From the NCBI GenBank assembly GCA_964347285.1, contig CAYFYE010000012.1, positions 1-36,816 of the forward strand: 36,816 nucleotides of DNA, read 5' to 3'. The DNA is from an uncultured Acidimicrobiia bacterium (lineage in GTDB: Bacteria; Actinomycetota; Acidimicrobiia; Spongiisociales; JAOTWH01). The position numbers and the translations under genes were made by a program. This document shows, one piece after another, positions 27,630-36,816 of the stretch; the stretch's first letter is position 1, and the number at the start of each line of letters is the position of its first letter. The notes beneath the pieces are model-generated. The model did no database searches. It saw only the letters and a list, made by a program, of their open reading frames with translations, and had not been told where the DNA came from.

Positions 27630-28394
27630 CTATTGGGCGGTCCAGCCGCCGTCCACCACCAGCACCGACCCGGTGACCATCGCCCCGGCCGGCGACGCCA
27701 GGTAGATCACCGCGGCGGCCACGTCGGTGGTCGTTCCCACCCGGCCGATCGGGAGTCGATCGAGCACCCCCTCCAAGTAGGCGGGATCGTCGAGGCGCTC
27801 CGCCGTCCCCGGCGTGTAGATGAAGGTGGGAGCTATGGCATTGACGGTGACGCCCCGGTGAGACCATTCCAGCGCCAGCACCTTGGTGAGCATGTTCACC
27901 CCGCCCTTCGATGCCGAGTAGACGGCATGGTCGCGTATCCCCACCAGCCCGGCCTGGGAGCTCATGTTGATGATGCGCCCCTCTCCCTGTTCCACCATGA
28001 TGCGGCCGGCCGCCTGGCAGCAGAAGAAGAGCCCCTTGAGGTTGACGTCGGTCATCTCGTCCCAGTCCGCCTCGGTCACCTCCAGGGCCGGCGCATTGTC
28101 CCCCAGCCCGGCGTTGTTGACGAGGATGTGCAGGCCGCCGAAGTGGCTGCGCACCCGATCCATCGCCGCGTCGATCTGGCCCAGGTCGCGTACGTCGAGG
28201 GGCACCGCCAGGGCCCGGCCCCCGCCGGCCTCGATCTCGCCGACGAGGTCGGCGACGGCGGCCGGATCCCGGGCCGCCGCTCCCACCGCCGACCCCGCTC
28301 CGGCGAGGGCGAGAGCGACATCGTGCCCGATGCCGCGACCCGCCCCCGTGACCAGGGCGACCCGGCCGTCGAGGCGAAAGTCGGGCTGCTCCAC
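27630..28394 (-). CDS. Short-chain dehydrogenase/reductase (gluconate-5-dehydrogenase/KduD-like)
   Basis: TGAGRGIG, NNAG, YSASK, VNAIAP, VDGG. Start set to the GTG at 28394, just after the upstream gene's stop. Confidence 0.88.
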   Translation of the reverse strand: MEQPDFRLDGRVALVTGAGRGIGHDVALALAGAGSAVGAAARDPAAVADLVGEIEAGGGRALAVPLDVRDLGQIDAAMDRVRSHFGGLHILVNNAGLGDNAPALEVTEADWDEMTDVNLKGLFFCCQAAGRIMVEQGEGRIINMSSQAGLVGIRDHAVYSASKGGVNMLTKVLALEWSHRGVTVNAIAPTFIYTPGTAERLDDPAYLEGVLDRLPIGRVGTTTDVAAAVIYLASPAGAMVTGSVLVVDGGWTAQ

Positions 28395-28396
28395 CC

Positions 28397-29116
28397 TCAG
28401 TCCGGCTCGTGGATGCTGCGCATCGACCACACCAGGGTCCGCATCGTCTTGGGCTGGCGCAACACCGCCACGACGGCTGCCGCCACGTCTGCGGGGCGCA
28501 GCATCTCGTCGAGGCCGGGCATATCCGGAGTGCGGCCGGCGCCCATGGCGAATTCGGTGGCGGTGCCTCCCGGACAGATGGCGGCCACCCGGATCCCCTT
28601 CTCCCGAAGCTCGCGATCAAGAGCCCCGGCCAGGCCCACCTGGGCGAACTTGGTGGCGGCGTACACCGCCTCGTCCCCGGCTCCCCGCAGCCCGGCCACC
28701 GAGGCGACGATCACGATGTCGCCCCCGCCCTGCTCCAGGAACTTGGGAACCGCCGCCCGGATCGGCCACACCGTCCCGGCGACGTTGGTGTCGATCATGT
28801 CCTGGAGCTGATCGTCGGTCAGGTCCATGATCCCGCCGTACGCCCCGATGCCGGCATTGGCGACGAGGATGTCCAGTTTCCCGTACGCCTCGACGGCGGC
28901 CTCCACCAGCCGGTCGGCGTCCTCGCGACGGCGCACGTCGATCTCCACCGCCGTGGCCGCCTCCCCCAACTCTTCGACCAGCGCCTTCAAGCGGTCGGTG
29001 CGCCGCGCCCCCAGGACCACTCGGCCTCCTTCGGCCGCGAGGGCCCGGGCCGTGGCGGTCCCGATGCCGGCGCTGGCCCCGGTGATTGCGGTGACCGATC
29101 CCTGCAACTGCGTCAT
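28397..29116 (-). CDS. Short-chain dehydrogenase/reductase (YdfG-like, probably NADP-dependent)
   Basis: TGASAGIG, GARR, ANAG, YAATK, ICPG; SD GAGGAGGAAGG. Confidence 0.88.
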   Translation of the reverse strand: MTQLQGSVTAITGASAGIGTATARALAAEGGRVVLGARRTDRLKALVEELGEAATAVEIDVRRREDADRLVEAAVEAYGKLDILVANAGIGAYGGIMDLTDDQLQDMIDTNVAGTVWPIRAAVPKFLEQGGGDIVIVASVAGLRGAGDEAVYAATKFAQVGLAGALDRELREKGIRVAAICPGGTATEFAMGAGRTPDMPGLDEMLRPADVAAAVVAVLRQPKTMRTLVWSMRSIHEPD

Positions 29117-29131
29117 CCCTTCCTCCTCACC

Positions 29132-30979
29132 TCATACCCCGATGCGCTGGTGCTTGCGCTCGGCATCCATCTCGGCCCGGGCCACCCGCACCGCCTCTCT
29201 CTCGCTGACCTCGGGCACGCCCACGTCCCACCAGGCGTCGCCCGGCGTCCACTCGTACGCATGGGTCTCCATGACGATCACCGCGCTCCGATCGGCGTTC
29301 TTGGCCCGACCGAAGGCCTCCTTGAGCTGGGCGATGGTGGACACCGTCTCCGCGTGGGCTCCCATGGCCTCGGCGTGCTTCTGGAAGTCGACGCGGAACA
29401 GCCGCTCGACCGCAGCGTGCTCGAAGAGGTTGTTGAACGGAGCCCCTCCCTTGCCTTCCTGGAGACGGTTGATGACGGCAAACCCGCCGTTGTCGCACAG
29501 CACGAAGATGACCTTTTGTCCGGTGAGCACGGTGCTGTAGATCTCCGAGTTGAGCATGAGGTACGAGCCGTCGCCGACGAACGAGACGACGTCCCGATCC
29601 GGGTGGGCCATCTTGGCGCCCCAGGCCCCACCGATCTCATAGCCCATGCAGCTGTAGCCGTACTCGCAGTCGAAGGCGCCGGGGGTCTGCACCCGCCACG
29701 TCTTGTTCAGCTCCCCGGGGAACCCGCCCGCCGCCGCCAGGGCCACATCGGTGGGTTCGGCCACCTCGTTGATCGCCTTGATCACCTGGGCGTACGAGGG
29801 CTTCTCCCCGTCCGCCGGAGGCTTGGTGGTCTCATCCACCAGCCGGTACCAGTCGGCCAGGTCGCTGCCGGCCCGCTCCAGCCACCCCGCCGGAGCCTTC
29901 CAGTCACCGAGGCCTTCGTCGAGCGCCCCCAGGGCCATCTTGGCGTCGGCGACCACCGACACCGCCCGGTGCTTGGTGGCGTCGAAGCGGGCGGCATTGA
30001 CCGCCACCAGCCGCATGTCCGGGTTCTGGAACACGGTCCACGACCCGGTGGTGAAGTCCTGGAGCCGGGTGCCCACCGCCAGCACCACGTCCGCTTCCGC
30101 CGCCAGCGCGTTGGCCGACGTGCTCCCGGTCACCCCGATCGGTCCGGCGTAGTTGGGATGGTCCCAGGTCAAAACGCCCCTTCCGGCCACGGTCTCGACG
30201 ACCGGCAGGCCGTGGCGGGCCACGAAGTCGGAGAAGTCCTCGGTGGCCAGGGAGTAGTGGATCCCACCGCCGGCGATCACCAATGGCTTTTGGGCTCCGG
30301 CCAGCACCTCGGCGGCCGCCTCGATCTCGACCGGGTCGGGTCCGGGACGGCGGACCCGCCACACCCGCGGCTCGAAGAACACCTCGGGATAGTCGAAGGC
30401 CTCTGCCTGGATGTCCTGGGACATGCCCAGGAAGGCCGGTCCGCACTCGGCCGGATCGAGCATGGTGGCGATGGCCTGGGGCAACGACTCGATGATCTGT
30501 TCGGGCCGGGTGATTCGATCCCAGTACCGGCTGACCGCCTTGAAGGCGTCGTTGACCGTCACGGTCGGATCGCCGAAGTGCTCCACCTGCTGCAGGACCG
30601 GATCGGGCAGCCGGTTGGCAAAGGTGTCGCCGGACAGCAGCAGGACCGGGAGCCGGTTGGCGTGGGCGATGCCGGCAGCGGTCACCATGTTGGTGGCTCC
30701 GGGTCCGATCGAGCTGGTGGCCACCATGATCTGGCGCCGCCGCCTGGCTTTGGCGTAGCCGATGGCGGCCATGGCCATCGACTGCTCGTTCTGGCCCCGG
30801 AAGGTGGGGAGCCGGTCCCGGACCGGTTCGAGCGCCTCGCCGAGAGCCGTCACGTTGCCGTGCCCGAAAATGGCGAAGACACCGGCAAACAGAGGCGCCT
30901 CGCCGCCGTCGAGGATGGTCCGCTGGGCGGTCAGGTACTTGACCAGCGCCTGTGCCATCGTGAGGCGAATGGTCTTCAT
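29132..30979 (-). CDS. iolD: 3D-(3,5/4)-trihydroxycyclohexane-1,2-dione acylhydrolase (TPP-dependent)
   Basis: TIRLTMAQAL, IFGHGNV, QNEQSM, SIGPGATN, PDPVLQQVE, GTRLQDFTTGS, EYGYSCMGYE, GDGSYLM, WWDVGVPEVS. Confidence 0.96.
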   Translation of the reverse strand: MKTIRLTMAQALVKYLTAQRTILDGGEAPLFAGVFAIFGHGNVTALGEALEPVRDRLPTFRGQNEQSMAMAAIGYAKARRRRQIMVATSSIGPGATNMVTAAGIAHANRLPVLLLSGDTFANRLPDPVLQQVEHFGDPTVTVNDAFKAVSRYWDRITRPEQIIESLPQAIATMLDPAECGPAFLGMSQDIQAEAFDYPEVFFEPRVWRVRRPGPDPVEIEAAAEVLAGAQKPLVIAGGGIHYSLATEDFSDFVARHGLPVVETVAGRGVLTWDHPNYAGPIGVTGSTSANALAAEADVVLAVGTRLQDFTTGSWTVFQNPDMRLVAVNAARFDATKHRAVSVVADAKMALGALDEGLGDWKAPAGWLERAGSDLADWYRLVDETTKPPADGEKPSYAQVIKAINEVAEPTDVALAAAGGFPGELNKTWRVQTPGAFDCEYGYSCMGYEIGGAWGAKMAHPDRDVVSFVGDGSYLMLNSEIYSTVLTGQKVIFVLCDNGGFAVINRLQEGKGGAPFNNLFEHAAVERLFRVDFQKHAEAMGAHAETVSTIAQLKEAFGRAKNADRSAVIVMETHAYEWTPGDAWWDVGVPEVSEREAVRVARAEMDAERKHQRIGV

Positions 30980-31764
30980 CGATTACTCCTCTCCCCGGTT
31001 GACCACGAACGTACTTCTTCCAGGTACCGGCGCATGGAGCGGCTGACGAATCCCTCGATCCCGGTGGCCAGGTAGCGGGCCCCCCGCTCCCTCCAGCGGC
31101 CGGCGCCCTCGGCGTTGCCGACGAACACACCCAGCGCCTTGTCGGATTCCAGCACGGCAGCGGTCGCCTCCTCCAGAGCGGCCACCACCGAGGGGTGATC
31201 GGTCTGCCCGGGCACGCCCAGCGAGTGAGACAAATCGGTGGGCCCCAGGAACAGGACGTCGATGCCGTCCACGGCCAGGTAGTCGTCGATGCGCTCGATC
31301 GCCTCGCCGGTCTCGAGGTGGATCACCACCAGCGTCTCGGCGTTGGCCCGGGCCGTGTAGTCGGCCAGTGATTCGGTCTGGCCGAAGTCGGCGGCCCGGC
31401 TCCCCGCCAGGCCGCGGACTCCGCGCGGGTGATACTTGACCGCCTGCACGGCCGCCTCCGCCTCCTCGCCTGAGTTCACCCAGGGAACGTGGATTCCGTG
31501 CACGCCGGCATCGAGGAAGCGCAGGATGATGTGAGGCTGGTTGGTCGTCACCCGCGCCAGCGGGGTGACCCCCCGCAGCTCCACCGCCCGGGCGAAGTTC
31601 TCGATGTCGGCCGGAACGAACGTGCCGTGTTCCCCGTCTGCGATCACGAAGTCCCACCCCTGGAGAGCGACCAGCTCCGCAAGAGCGGGATCGGGGTACT
31701 TGACGAAGCAGCCCAGCACCACGCCGCCTTCGGCGAGCTTGGCCTTGGTCGTGTTGACGAGCAT
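30976..31764 (-). CDS. HpcH/HpaI class II pyruvate aldolase family protein
   Basis: DGEHG, LARV, LDAG, YHPRGVRG, LET, FLGPTDLS. The stop overlaps the iolD start (ATGA). Confidence 0.9.
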   Translation of the reverse strand: MLVNTTKAKLAEGGVVLGCFVKYPDPALAELVALQGWDFVIADGEHGTFVPADIENFARAVELRGVTPLARVTTNQPHIILRFLDAGVHGIHVPWVNSGEEAEAAVQAVKYHPRGVRGLAGSRAADFGQTESLADYTARANAETLVVIHLETGEAIERIDDYLAVDGIDVLFLGPTDLSHSLGVPGQTDHPSVVAALEEATAAVLESDKALGVFVGNAEGAGRWRERGARYLATGIEGFVSRSMRRYLEEVRSWSTGERSNR

Positions 31765-32658
31765 TCAGTCCATTCCTAGTCGATCGCAGAACTCCCGGTT
31801 GTGCCGAGCCGCCGCCACCACGTCGATGCCGGACCCGGGCAGCACGTCTTGCTCGACCACCGCCCATCCGGCGTAGGTCGTGGCGTCGAGGGCGTCGCGC
31901 AGGGCGGCGAAGTCCACACTCCCCTCGCCCAATAGAGGAAACACGCCCTCTTCCACGGCGCGAAAGTAGTCCCACTCGTTGGCCCGGACCCGTTCGAGAA
32001 CGGCCCGGTCGCAGTCCTTGAGGTGGAGATAGCGGACCCGGTCGCCCCAGCGCCGGCACAGCTCCACCGGATCGTCCCCACCGTAGGCGGCGTGGCCGGT
32101 GTCGAGGCACAGCCCGACCAGTTCGGGATCCGAGTCCTCCAGCAGCCGATCTACCTCCCAGGGGGCTTCCACCCAGGCCCCGACATGGGGGTGGTACACG
32201 GTGCGCAGGCCGAAGCGATCGGCGGCCCGTCCGGCAAACTCCTCCAGATTGACCACGAAACGCCTCCAGTCGTCCCCGTCGAGACCGTCCTCGGGCCGGA
32301 TGCGGCCCGCCCTTTCGGCACGGACGGAGTCGACAAACAGGGCGTCGGACAGGACCACCCACTCGCACTCCATGGCGCCGAGGAATGCGATCACCTCCGC
32401 CGCCTCTCGCGCCTCATCGGGACGCCGTCGGGGGTCCACCAGGTTCAGCGGCACGAAGGCCGAGATCAGCTCGAGGCCCCGCTCGGACAGCTCGGCGGAC
32501 AGGCGGGCCGGCTCGAGGGGAAGGAACCCGAACGGGCCCAGCTCGGTACCCGAGTAGCCGGCCGCCGCCATCCCGTCGAGCACCTCGTTCCAGGGCGGCA
32601 CCCCGGGGGTGTCCTTGAGGAGCACCCCCCAATTCACCGGGGCGGTGGCGATTCTCAC
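31765..32658 (-). CDS. iolE: Inosose dehydratase IolE-like TIM-barrel protein
   Basis: APVNWG, GTELGPFGFLP, YHPHVG, LCLDTGH, HLKD, LGEGSVDF, VVEQD; located in the iolD operon. Confidence 0.75.
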   Translation of the reverse strand: MRIATAPVNWGVLLKDTPGVPPWNEVLDGMAAAGYSGTELGPFGFLPLEPARLSAELSERGLELISAFVPLNLVDPRRRPDEAREAAEVIAFLGAMECEWVVLSDALFVDSVRAERAGRIRPEDGLDGDDWRRFVVNLEEFAGRAADRFGLRTVYHPHVGAWVEAPWEVDRLLEDSDPELVGLCLDTGHAAYGGDDPVELCRRWGDRVRYLHLKDCDRAVLERVRANEWDYFRAVEEGVFPLLGEGSVDFAALRDALDATTYAGWAVVEQDVLPGSGIDVVAAARHNREFCDRLGMD

Positions 32659-32686
32659 GCCGACCGGGGCCGGGCCGGTGCGGGCA

Positions 32687-34111
32687 TCAGTCCCGGTCCA
32701 CGTCGTGGAACACGACGGTCTTGAGCTCGGTCATCTCCTCGGCGGCGTAGCGGGGGCCTTCCTTGCCGATCCCGCTGCCCTTCAGCCCCCCGTAAGGCAT
32801 GAAGTCGGCTCGCCACAAAGGAGACCAGTTGATGTGCACGTTGCCGGATTCCACTTCGCCGACAAAGCGCATGGCGTGGTTGATGTTGCGGGTGAAGATG
32901 GAGGCGCTGAGTCCGTAGTCGGTGTCGTTGGCCATCGCGATGGCCTCGTCGATGGTCTCCACCGGAGCCACGCCCATCGCCGGACCGAACAGCTCGTCGA
33001 CGGCGATGCGCATCCCCGGGGTCATGTCGGCCACCACCGTCGGCTGGAAGCGGGCGCCGTCGTGCTCACCGCCGGCCACCACCCGGGCCCCTCCCTCCCG
33101 GGCCTCGCCGATCCACGCTGCCACCCGCTCCGCCTCACCGGCCGAGATCATCGGTCCCAGCCGGGTGTCGTCGAGGGAAGGATCGGCTACTGAAATCGGG
33201 GCCACGGCCTCTTCCAGCGCGCCGAGGAAACCGTCGTAGATCTGCTGGTGGACGTAGATGCGCTGCAGCGACAGGCACACCTGCCCGGCGTTCACGGTGC
33301 CGGCCACCGCAGCGATCTCGGCGGCCCGCTCCAGGTCGGCGTCCGGCAACACGATCATCGGCGAGTTCGACCCCAGCTCCAGCGACAGGCGCTTCACCCC
33401 GGCCACCCGGGCGATCGCCTCGCCCACCGCCGTGCTCCCGGTGAAGCTGATCTTGCGTACCCGCCCGTCGGCACACAGCGCCGGCCCCACCTCGCTGCCC
33501 CTTCCGGTGAGGCATTGGATGCCGAGCTCGGGCAGGCCGGCCTCCAACAGCGCCTCGGTGAGCTTGAGGGCGGCCAGCGGGGTCTGGTTGGCCGGCTTGA
33601 GGATGACGGCGTTGCCGGTGGCCAGGGCCGGACCGACCTTGTGCACTACGAGCAGCAGCGGATAGTTGAAGGGGCTGATCGTCACCACCACTCCGGCCGG
33701 GACCCGCACGGTGAAGCCCATCTTTCCCACCGCACCCGGTTGCGCATCGAGTGGCAGCGTTTCGCCCCGGAGCTGTGAGCCCTCGAACGCCGAGAGGCGC
33801 AGGAGCTCGGCCGATCGGGTGGCCTCGGTCCGTGCCTCCGAAATGGGCTTGCCGACCTCGGCACTGATCGTGGCGGCGATGTCGTCGAGCCGGGCGTCGA
33901 GCAGGTCGGCGGCCCGGTTGAGGATCGCCGCCCGCTCGGCGGCCGTCAGCGACCGCATCGCGGCCGCCCCCCGGTGGGCGGCCGCCAGCGCCATCTCGAC
34001 CTCTTTCGGTCCCGCCGCCGGCACCACCTCGATGGGCTCGCCGGTGTAGGGAGCGATGATCGTGTCCTCGGCGCCGGCCCCCCGCCAGGCGCCGTCGACG
34101 TACATCTTCAT
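32687..34111 (-). CDS. Aldehyde dehydrogenase (non-CoA-acylating type)
   Basis: ISPFNYP, FTGS, LELGSNSP, NAGQVC, ELFGP, PYGGLKGSG. SD AAGGAG 6 nt before the ATG at 34111. Confidence 0.92.
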   Translation of the reverse strand: MKMYVDGAWRGAGAEDTIIAPYTGEPIEVVPAAGPKEVEMALAAAHRGAAAMRSLTAAERAAILNRAADLLDARLDDIAATISAEVGKPISEARTEATRSAELLRLSAFEGSQLRGETLPLDAQPGAVGKMGFTVRVPAGVVVTISPFNYPLLLVVHKVGPALATGNAVILKPANQTPLAALKLTEALLEAGLPELGIQCLTGRGSEVGPALCADGRVRKISFTGSTAVGEAIARVAGVKRLSLELGSNSPMIVLPDADLERAAEIAAVAGTVNAGQVCLSLQRIYVHQQIYDGFLGALEEAVAPISVADPSLDDTRLGPMISAGEAERVAAWIGEAREGGARVVAGGEHDGARFQPTVVADMTPGMRIAVDELFGPAMGVAPVETIDEAIAMANDTDYGLSASIFTRNINHAMRFVGEVESGNVHINWSPLWRADFMPYGGLKGSGIGKEGPRYAAEEMTELKTVVFHDVDRD

Positions 34112-34122
34112 GGGCAACTCCT

Positions 34123-35295
34123 TCAGTCGAGACGCAGGGTCTGCACGTCCTCCCAGGCGCCACTCTCCCACGAGCGCATCATGGCCGCCTGGACGTCGGC
34201 CACCGCCAGGGCCTCGGCCAGTCCCGGCGCCCCCTGCGTCCCCGAAGCCACCGTCCGCAGAAACTCGAAGGCTTCGATGACCTTGAGATCCTCGTAGCTG
34301 AGCCCCAGCCCGTCGCCGGGCGCGAAGTTGCCGTGGTGCGGATAGGCCGGGCCGCCCAGCAGCGTCGTGTAGCCGTCGTGGTCGGGATCGCCGCTCGAGA
34401 ACACTTCCAGCTCGTTCATCCGCTCAAGGTTCCAGCGCAGGGCCCCGGTGGTGCCGCTGAACTCGAAGGCCATCTCGCTCCTCGGGCCCAACGCGGTCCG
34501 GGACGCCTCCAGGGTGCCCACCGAACCGTTCTCGAACTCGACCACGGCACCGGCGTAGTCCTCGTTGGTCACCGGGCCGGTGGGGTCGTCGGGATCGCCC
34601 ACGCCGTAGTGGGTCCCCTTGCCGGGGACGGGCAGGGGCCGCTCGGTGATGAAGGTCTTATGGGTGGCGGCCAGCCGGGCGATCGGTCCGTTGAGGTGGT
34701 GGGCCATGTCGATGGCGTGCGACATCAGATCGCCCAGGACGCCGAGCCCCGACACCTCGGCGTCGAACCGCCAGGTGCGCAGCCCCAAGGGGTTGGAACC
34801 GTACATCGAGAAGAAGCGTCCCCGGTAGTGGGTGGCGGTCCCCAGCTTGCCTTCGGCGACGAGCCGCTTGGCGTGCTGCACCATCGGTGCCCACCGGTAG
34901 TTGTATCCGACGAAACTCAGCACTCCGGCCTTGCGGGCCGCCCGCTCGATGGCGGCGGTCTCTTCGGGCGAGCGGCCCACCGGCTTCTCGCAGTAGATGT
35001 GCTTGCCGGCGGCGGCCGCCGCCTCCCCGATCTCGACGTGTTCGCTGTTCGGCGCGGTGATGTTGACCGCCTGCACGTCGGGGTGGGCGATGACCTGCTG
35101 CCAGTCGGTGGTGGCCTCATCGAAGCCCAACAGATCCTTGCCGAGCCGGGCCCGCTCCTCGACGGTGTCCGAGCACACGATCAGTCGAGGCCTCAGTTCC
35201 GAGTGGGGAAAGCGCCACGGGATCTGGCGGTAGGAGCGGCTGTGGGCATGGCCCATCCAGCCCATTCCGATGACACCGATGCCGACATCGTTCAT
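34123..35295 (-). CDS. Gfo/Idh/MocA oxidoreductase (sugar/cyclitol dehydrogenase)
   Basis: [46 protein letters not shown] overlap with the upstream gene. Confidence 0.9.
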   Translation of the reverse strand: MNDVGIGVIGMGWMGHAHSRSYRQIPWRFPHSELRPRLIVCSDTVEERARLGKDLLGFDEATTDWQQVIAHPDVQAVNITAPNSEHVEIGEAAAAAGKHIYCEKPVGRSPEETAAIERAARKAGVLSFVGYNYRWAPMVQHAKRLVAEGKLGTATHYRGRFFSMYGSNPLGLRTWRFDAEVSGLGVLGDLMSHAIDMAHHLNGPIARLAATHKTFITERPLPVPGKGTHYGVGDPDDPTGPVTNEDYAGAVVEFENGSVGTLEASRTALGPRSEMAFEFSGTTGALRWNLERMNELEVFSSGDPDHDGYTTLLGGPAYPHHGNFAPGDGLGLSYEDLKVIEAFEFLRTVASGTQGAPGLAEALAVADVQAAMMRSWESGAWEDVQTLRLD

Positions 35296-36284
35296 GTCTC
35301 TTCCTCCTGCGGCGGCGGTTTGCGATGCTCCCACACATCGGGGTTGACGAGGTGGGACGGCCGGTCGCCCCGCAGCACCGCCAGGGCCTGCTCCAGGGCG
35401 GTGCGGTAGATGCGTTCCCGGGCCGCTCCGGTGGCCGCGGCCACGTGCGGTGTCACCACCACGTCGTCGCGGCCCAGCAGCGGACTGCCGGGAGGGGCCG
35501 GTTCCGGATCGGTGACGTCCAGGCCGGCCCCGGCCAGCCGGCCCTCGTCCAGGGCGGCCAGCAAGGCCTCTTCGTCCACCAGCCCGCCCCGTGCCGTGTT
35601 GATGAGGATCGCCCCCGGCTTCACGTTGGCGAGCGCTTCGCCATCGATCACGTGGAACGTCGCATCGGTCAGGGGCATGTGCAGGGAGATCACGTCGGCC
35701 GTGGCCAGCAGCTCGGCCGGCGACACCGCCTCCTTCACGCCGACCTCGGCCATTTCCCGGGAGTCGACCCCGGGATCGTGGGCGACCACCTCCATGTCCA
35801 GGGCCTGGGCGGCCCGGGCCACCCTCCGGCCGACTCGGCCCAGCCCCATCAGTCCCAGCCACCGTCCGGCCAGCTCCACGGCATGGTGGCCGGCGTAGAA
35901 GTCGGTGGTTCCTCCCTCGGCGAGACGGTGCTCCGCCTCTTTCACCCGCTTGGCGACCGCCAGCATCAGCGCGATCGTGTGCTCGGCGGTCGAGATGGTC
36001 GGACCGTCGGGGGTGTTGCACACCGCTATTCCCCGCTCGGTGGCGGCCGCCAGATCGACCCGATCGACCCCGATGCCGGTCCGGGCCACGACCCGCAGAT
36101 CGGGAGCCCGATCCATCACCGGACCATCGAAGGGGAGGATCGAGGCGATGGCGGCCTGAGCACTCGGCAACGAGGCAAAGGGGTCTTCGGCGGACAGATC
36201 GGCCGAACCCACCGGCACCGCGATGTCGCTGATCGAACGGGCCACATCCTCCGGCATCGGCCTCTCCGACCAGATGCGGTACAT
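35292..36284 (-). CDS. D-isomer-specific 2-hydroxyacid dehydrogenase (SerA-like core without ACT domain / hydroxypyruvate reductase-like)
   Basis: [47 protein letters not shown]. Start reset to the ATG at 36284 (SD GGGGAGGG, TATACT -10 upstream). Confidence 0.9.
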   Translation of the reverse strand: MYRIWSERPMPEDVARSISDIAVPVGSADLSAEDPFASLPSAQAAIASILPFDGPVMDRAPDLRVVARTGIGVDRVDLAAATERGIAVCNTPDGPTISTAEHTIALMLAVAKRVKEAEHRLAEGGTTDFYAGHHAVELAGRWLGLMGLGRVGRRVARAAQALDMEVVAHDPGVDSREMAEVGVKEAVSPAELLATADVISLHMPLTDATFHVIDGEALANVKPGAILINTARGGLVDEEALLAALDEGRLAGAGLDVTDPEPAPPGSPLLGRDDVVVTPHVAAATGAARERIYRTALEQALAVLRGDRPSHLVNPDVWEHRKPPPQEEET

Positions 36285-36344
36285 ATCCTGCGCCCTCCCC
36301 GAACCGTTTGACACCGCGCCGAGCCGGAGTATAGGTTTTCGCCT

Positions 36345-36373
36345 TGGAACGCTCCATGGCCTAGAACGTTCCA
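36345..36373. promoter_or_regulatory. Two tandem LacI-type operators
   Basis: TGGAACGCTCCA (36345-36356) and TAGAACGTTCCA (36362-36373), each one mismatch from the palindrome at 26579. Confidence 0.85.
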
Positions 36374-36406
36374 AAACGCCGGGGTGCTCGGGAGGAGGCG
36401 ACGAGA

Positions 36407-36816
36407 GTGCGGGTCGGGCTCATCGGGGTGGGCCGCATCGGCACGTTCCACGGCGGCGTCCTCGCCGACCATCCTGCGGTGTCGTCCCTGGTCATCGCCT
36501 CGCGGCGCCCGGAGCGGGCGGCGGTGGTGGCCGAGGAGTTGGGCGCCGAAGCCGCCCCCTCCCCTTCCGACCTCTTCGAAGCCGTCGACGCAGTGGTCAT
36601 CGCCGCCGCCACCGACGTTCACGCCGAGCTGATCCTCCGGGCCGCCGACGCCGATCTCCCCATCTTCTGCGAGAAGCCGATCGCGCTGGATCTCGAATCG
36701 ACCGACCGGGTCATCGATCACGTGCGCCGGCGTGGCGTCCCCCTCCAGGTGGGTTTTCACCGCCGTTTCGAACCCGGATACCTCCGGGCCCGGGCGCTGG
36801 TGCCCGACGGCGAGCT
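36407..36816 (+). CDS. Second IolG-like Gfo/Idh/MocA oxidoreductase, 5' part (truncated by the window end)
   Basis: SD GGAGGAGG, then GTG. My translation: MRVGLIGVGRIGTFHGGVLADHP...FCEKPIALDLESTDRVIDHV...PLQVGFHRRFEPG. Absent from the ORF track because it has no stop in the window. Confidence 0.9.
   Translation, partial: MRVGLIGVGRIGTFHGGVLADHPAVSSLVIASRRPERAAVVAEELGAEAAPSPSDLFEAVDAVVIAAATDVHAELILRAADADLPIFCEKPIALDLESTDRVIDHVRRRGVPLQVGFHRRFEPGYLRARALVPDGE

Noticed and set aside
32687..34111. Calling this ALDH iolA/mmsA
   Set aside because: It has LELGSNSP with the general-base Glu rather than the GAKNH-type motif of CoA-acylating methylmalonate-semialdehyde dehydrogenases.
35292..36284. Calling this gene serA
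   Set aside because: About 330 aa with no regulatory ACT domain, and it heads a sugar catabolic operon.

Overview
High-GC actinobacterial chromosomal window (gene content and promoter style suggest an Acidimicrobiia-like organism; inference) with no mobile elements, CRISPR arrays or rRNA. It has three blocks. (1) 1-8.9 kb housekeeping: partial tRNA-Val(CAC), LCP protein, zincin, two small proteins, plsB-malQ, nfuA, an ATP-grasp protein and a CarD-family factor with an unusual N-terminal histone-H1-like tail. (2) 8.9-25.5 kb amine/polyamine uptake and catabolism: PuuB-like oxidase, polar amino-acid ABC transporter, potABCD, MFS, two class-III aminotransferases and three aldehyde dehydrogenases. 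(3) 25.5-36.8 kb LacI-controlled inositol/cyclitol catabolism with three visible TGGAACGTTCCA-type operators: iolG-like x2, iolE-like and iolD. Inside the window this block lacks iolB/iolC/iolJ/iolA and instead carries an HpcH aldolase, an ALDH, a D-2-hydroxyacid dehydrogenase and two SDRs. Best novelty candidates: a possible non-phosphorylative lower inositol pathway, the H1-tailed CarD, a candidate ~105-nt structured sRNA divergent from plsB, and a tandem repeat in an ABC-operon leader. Many genes look leaderless, which I used to revise several start codons. All calls come from reading motifs by eye; no database searches were run.
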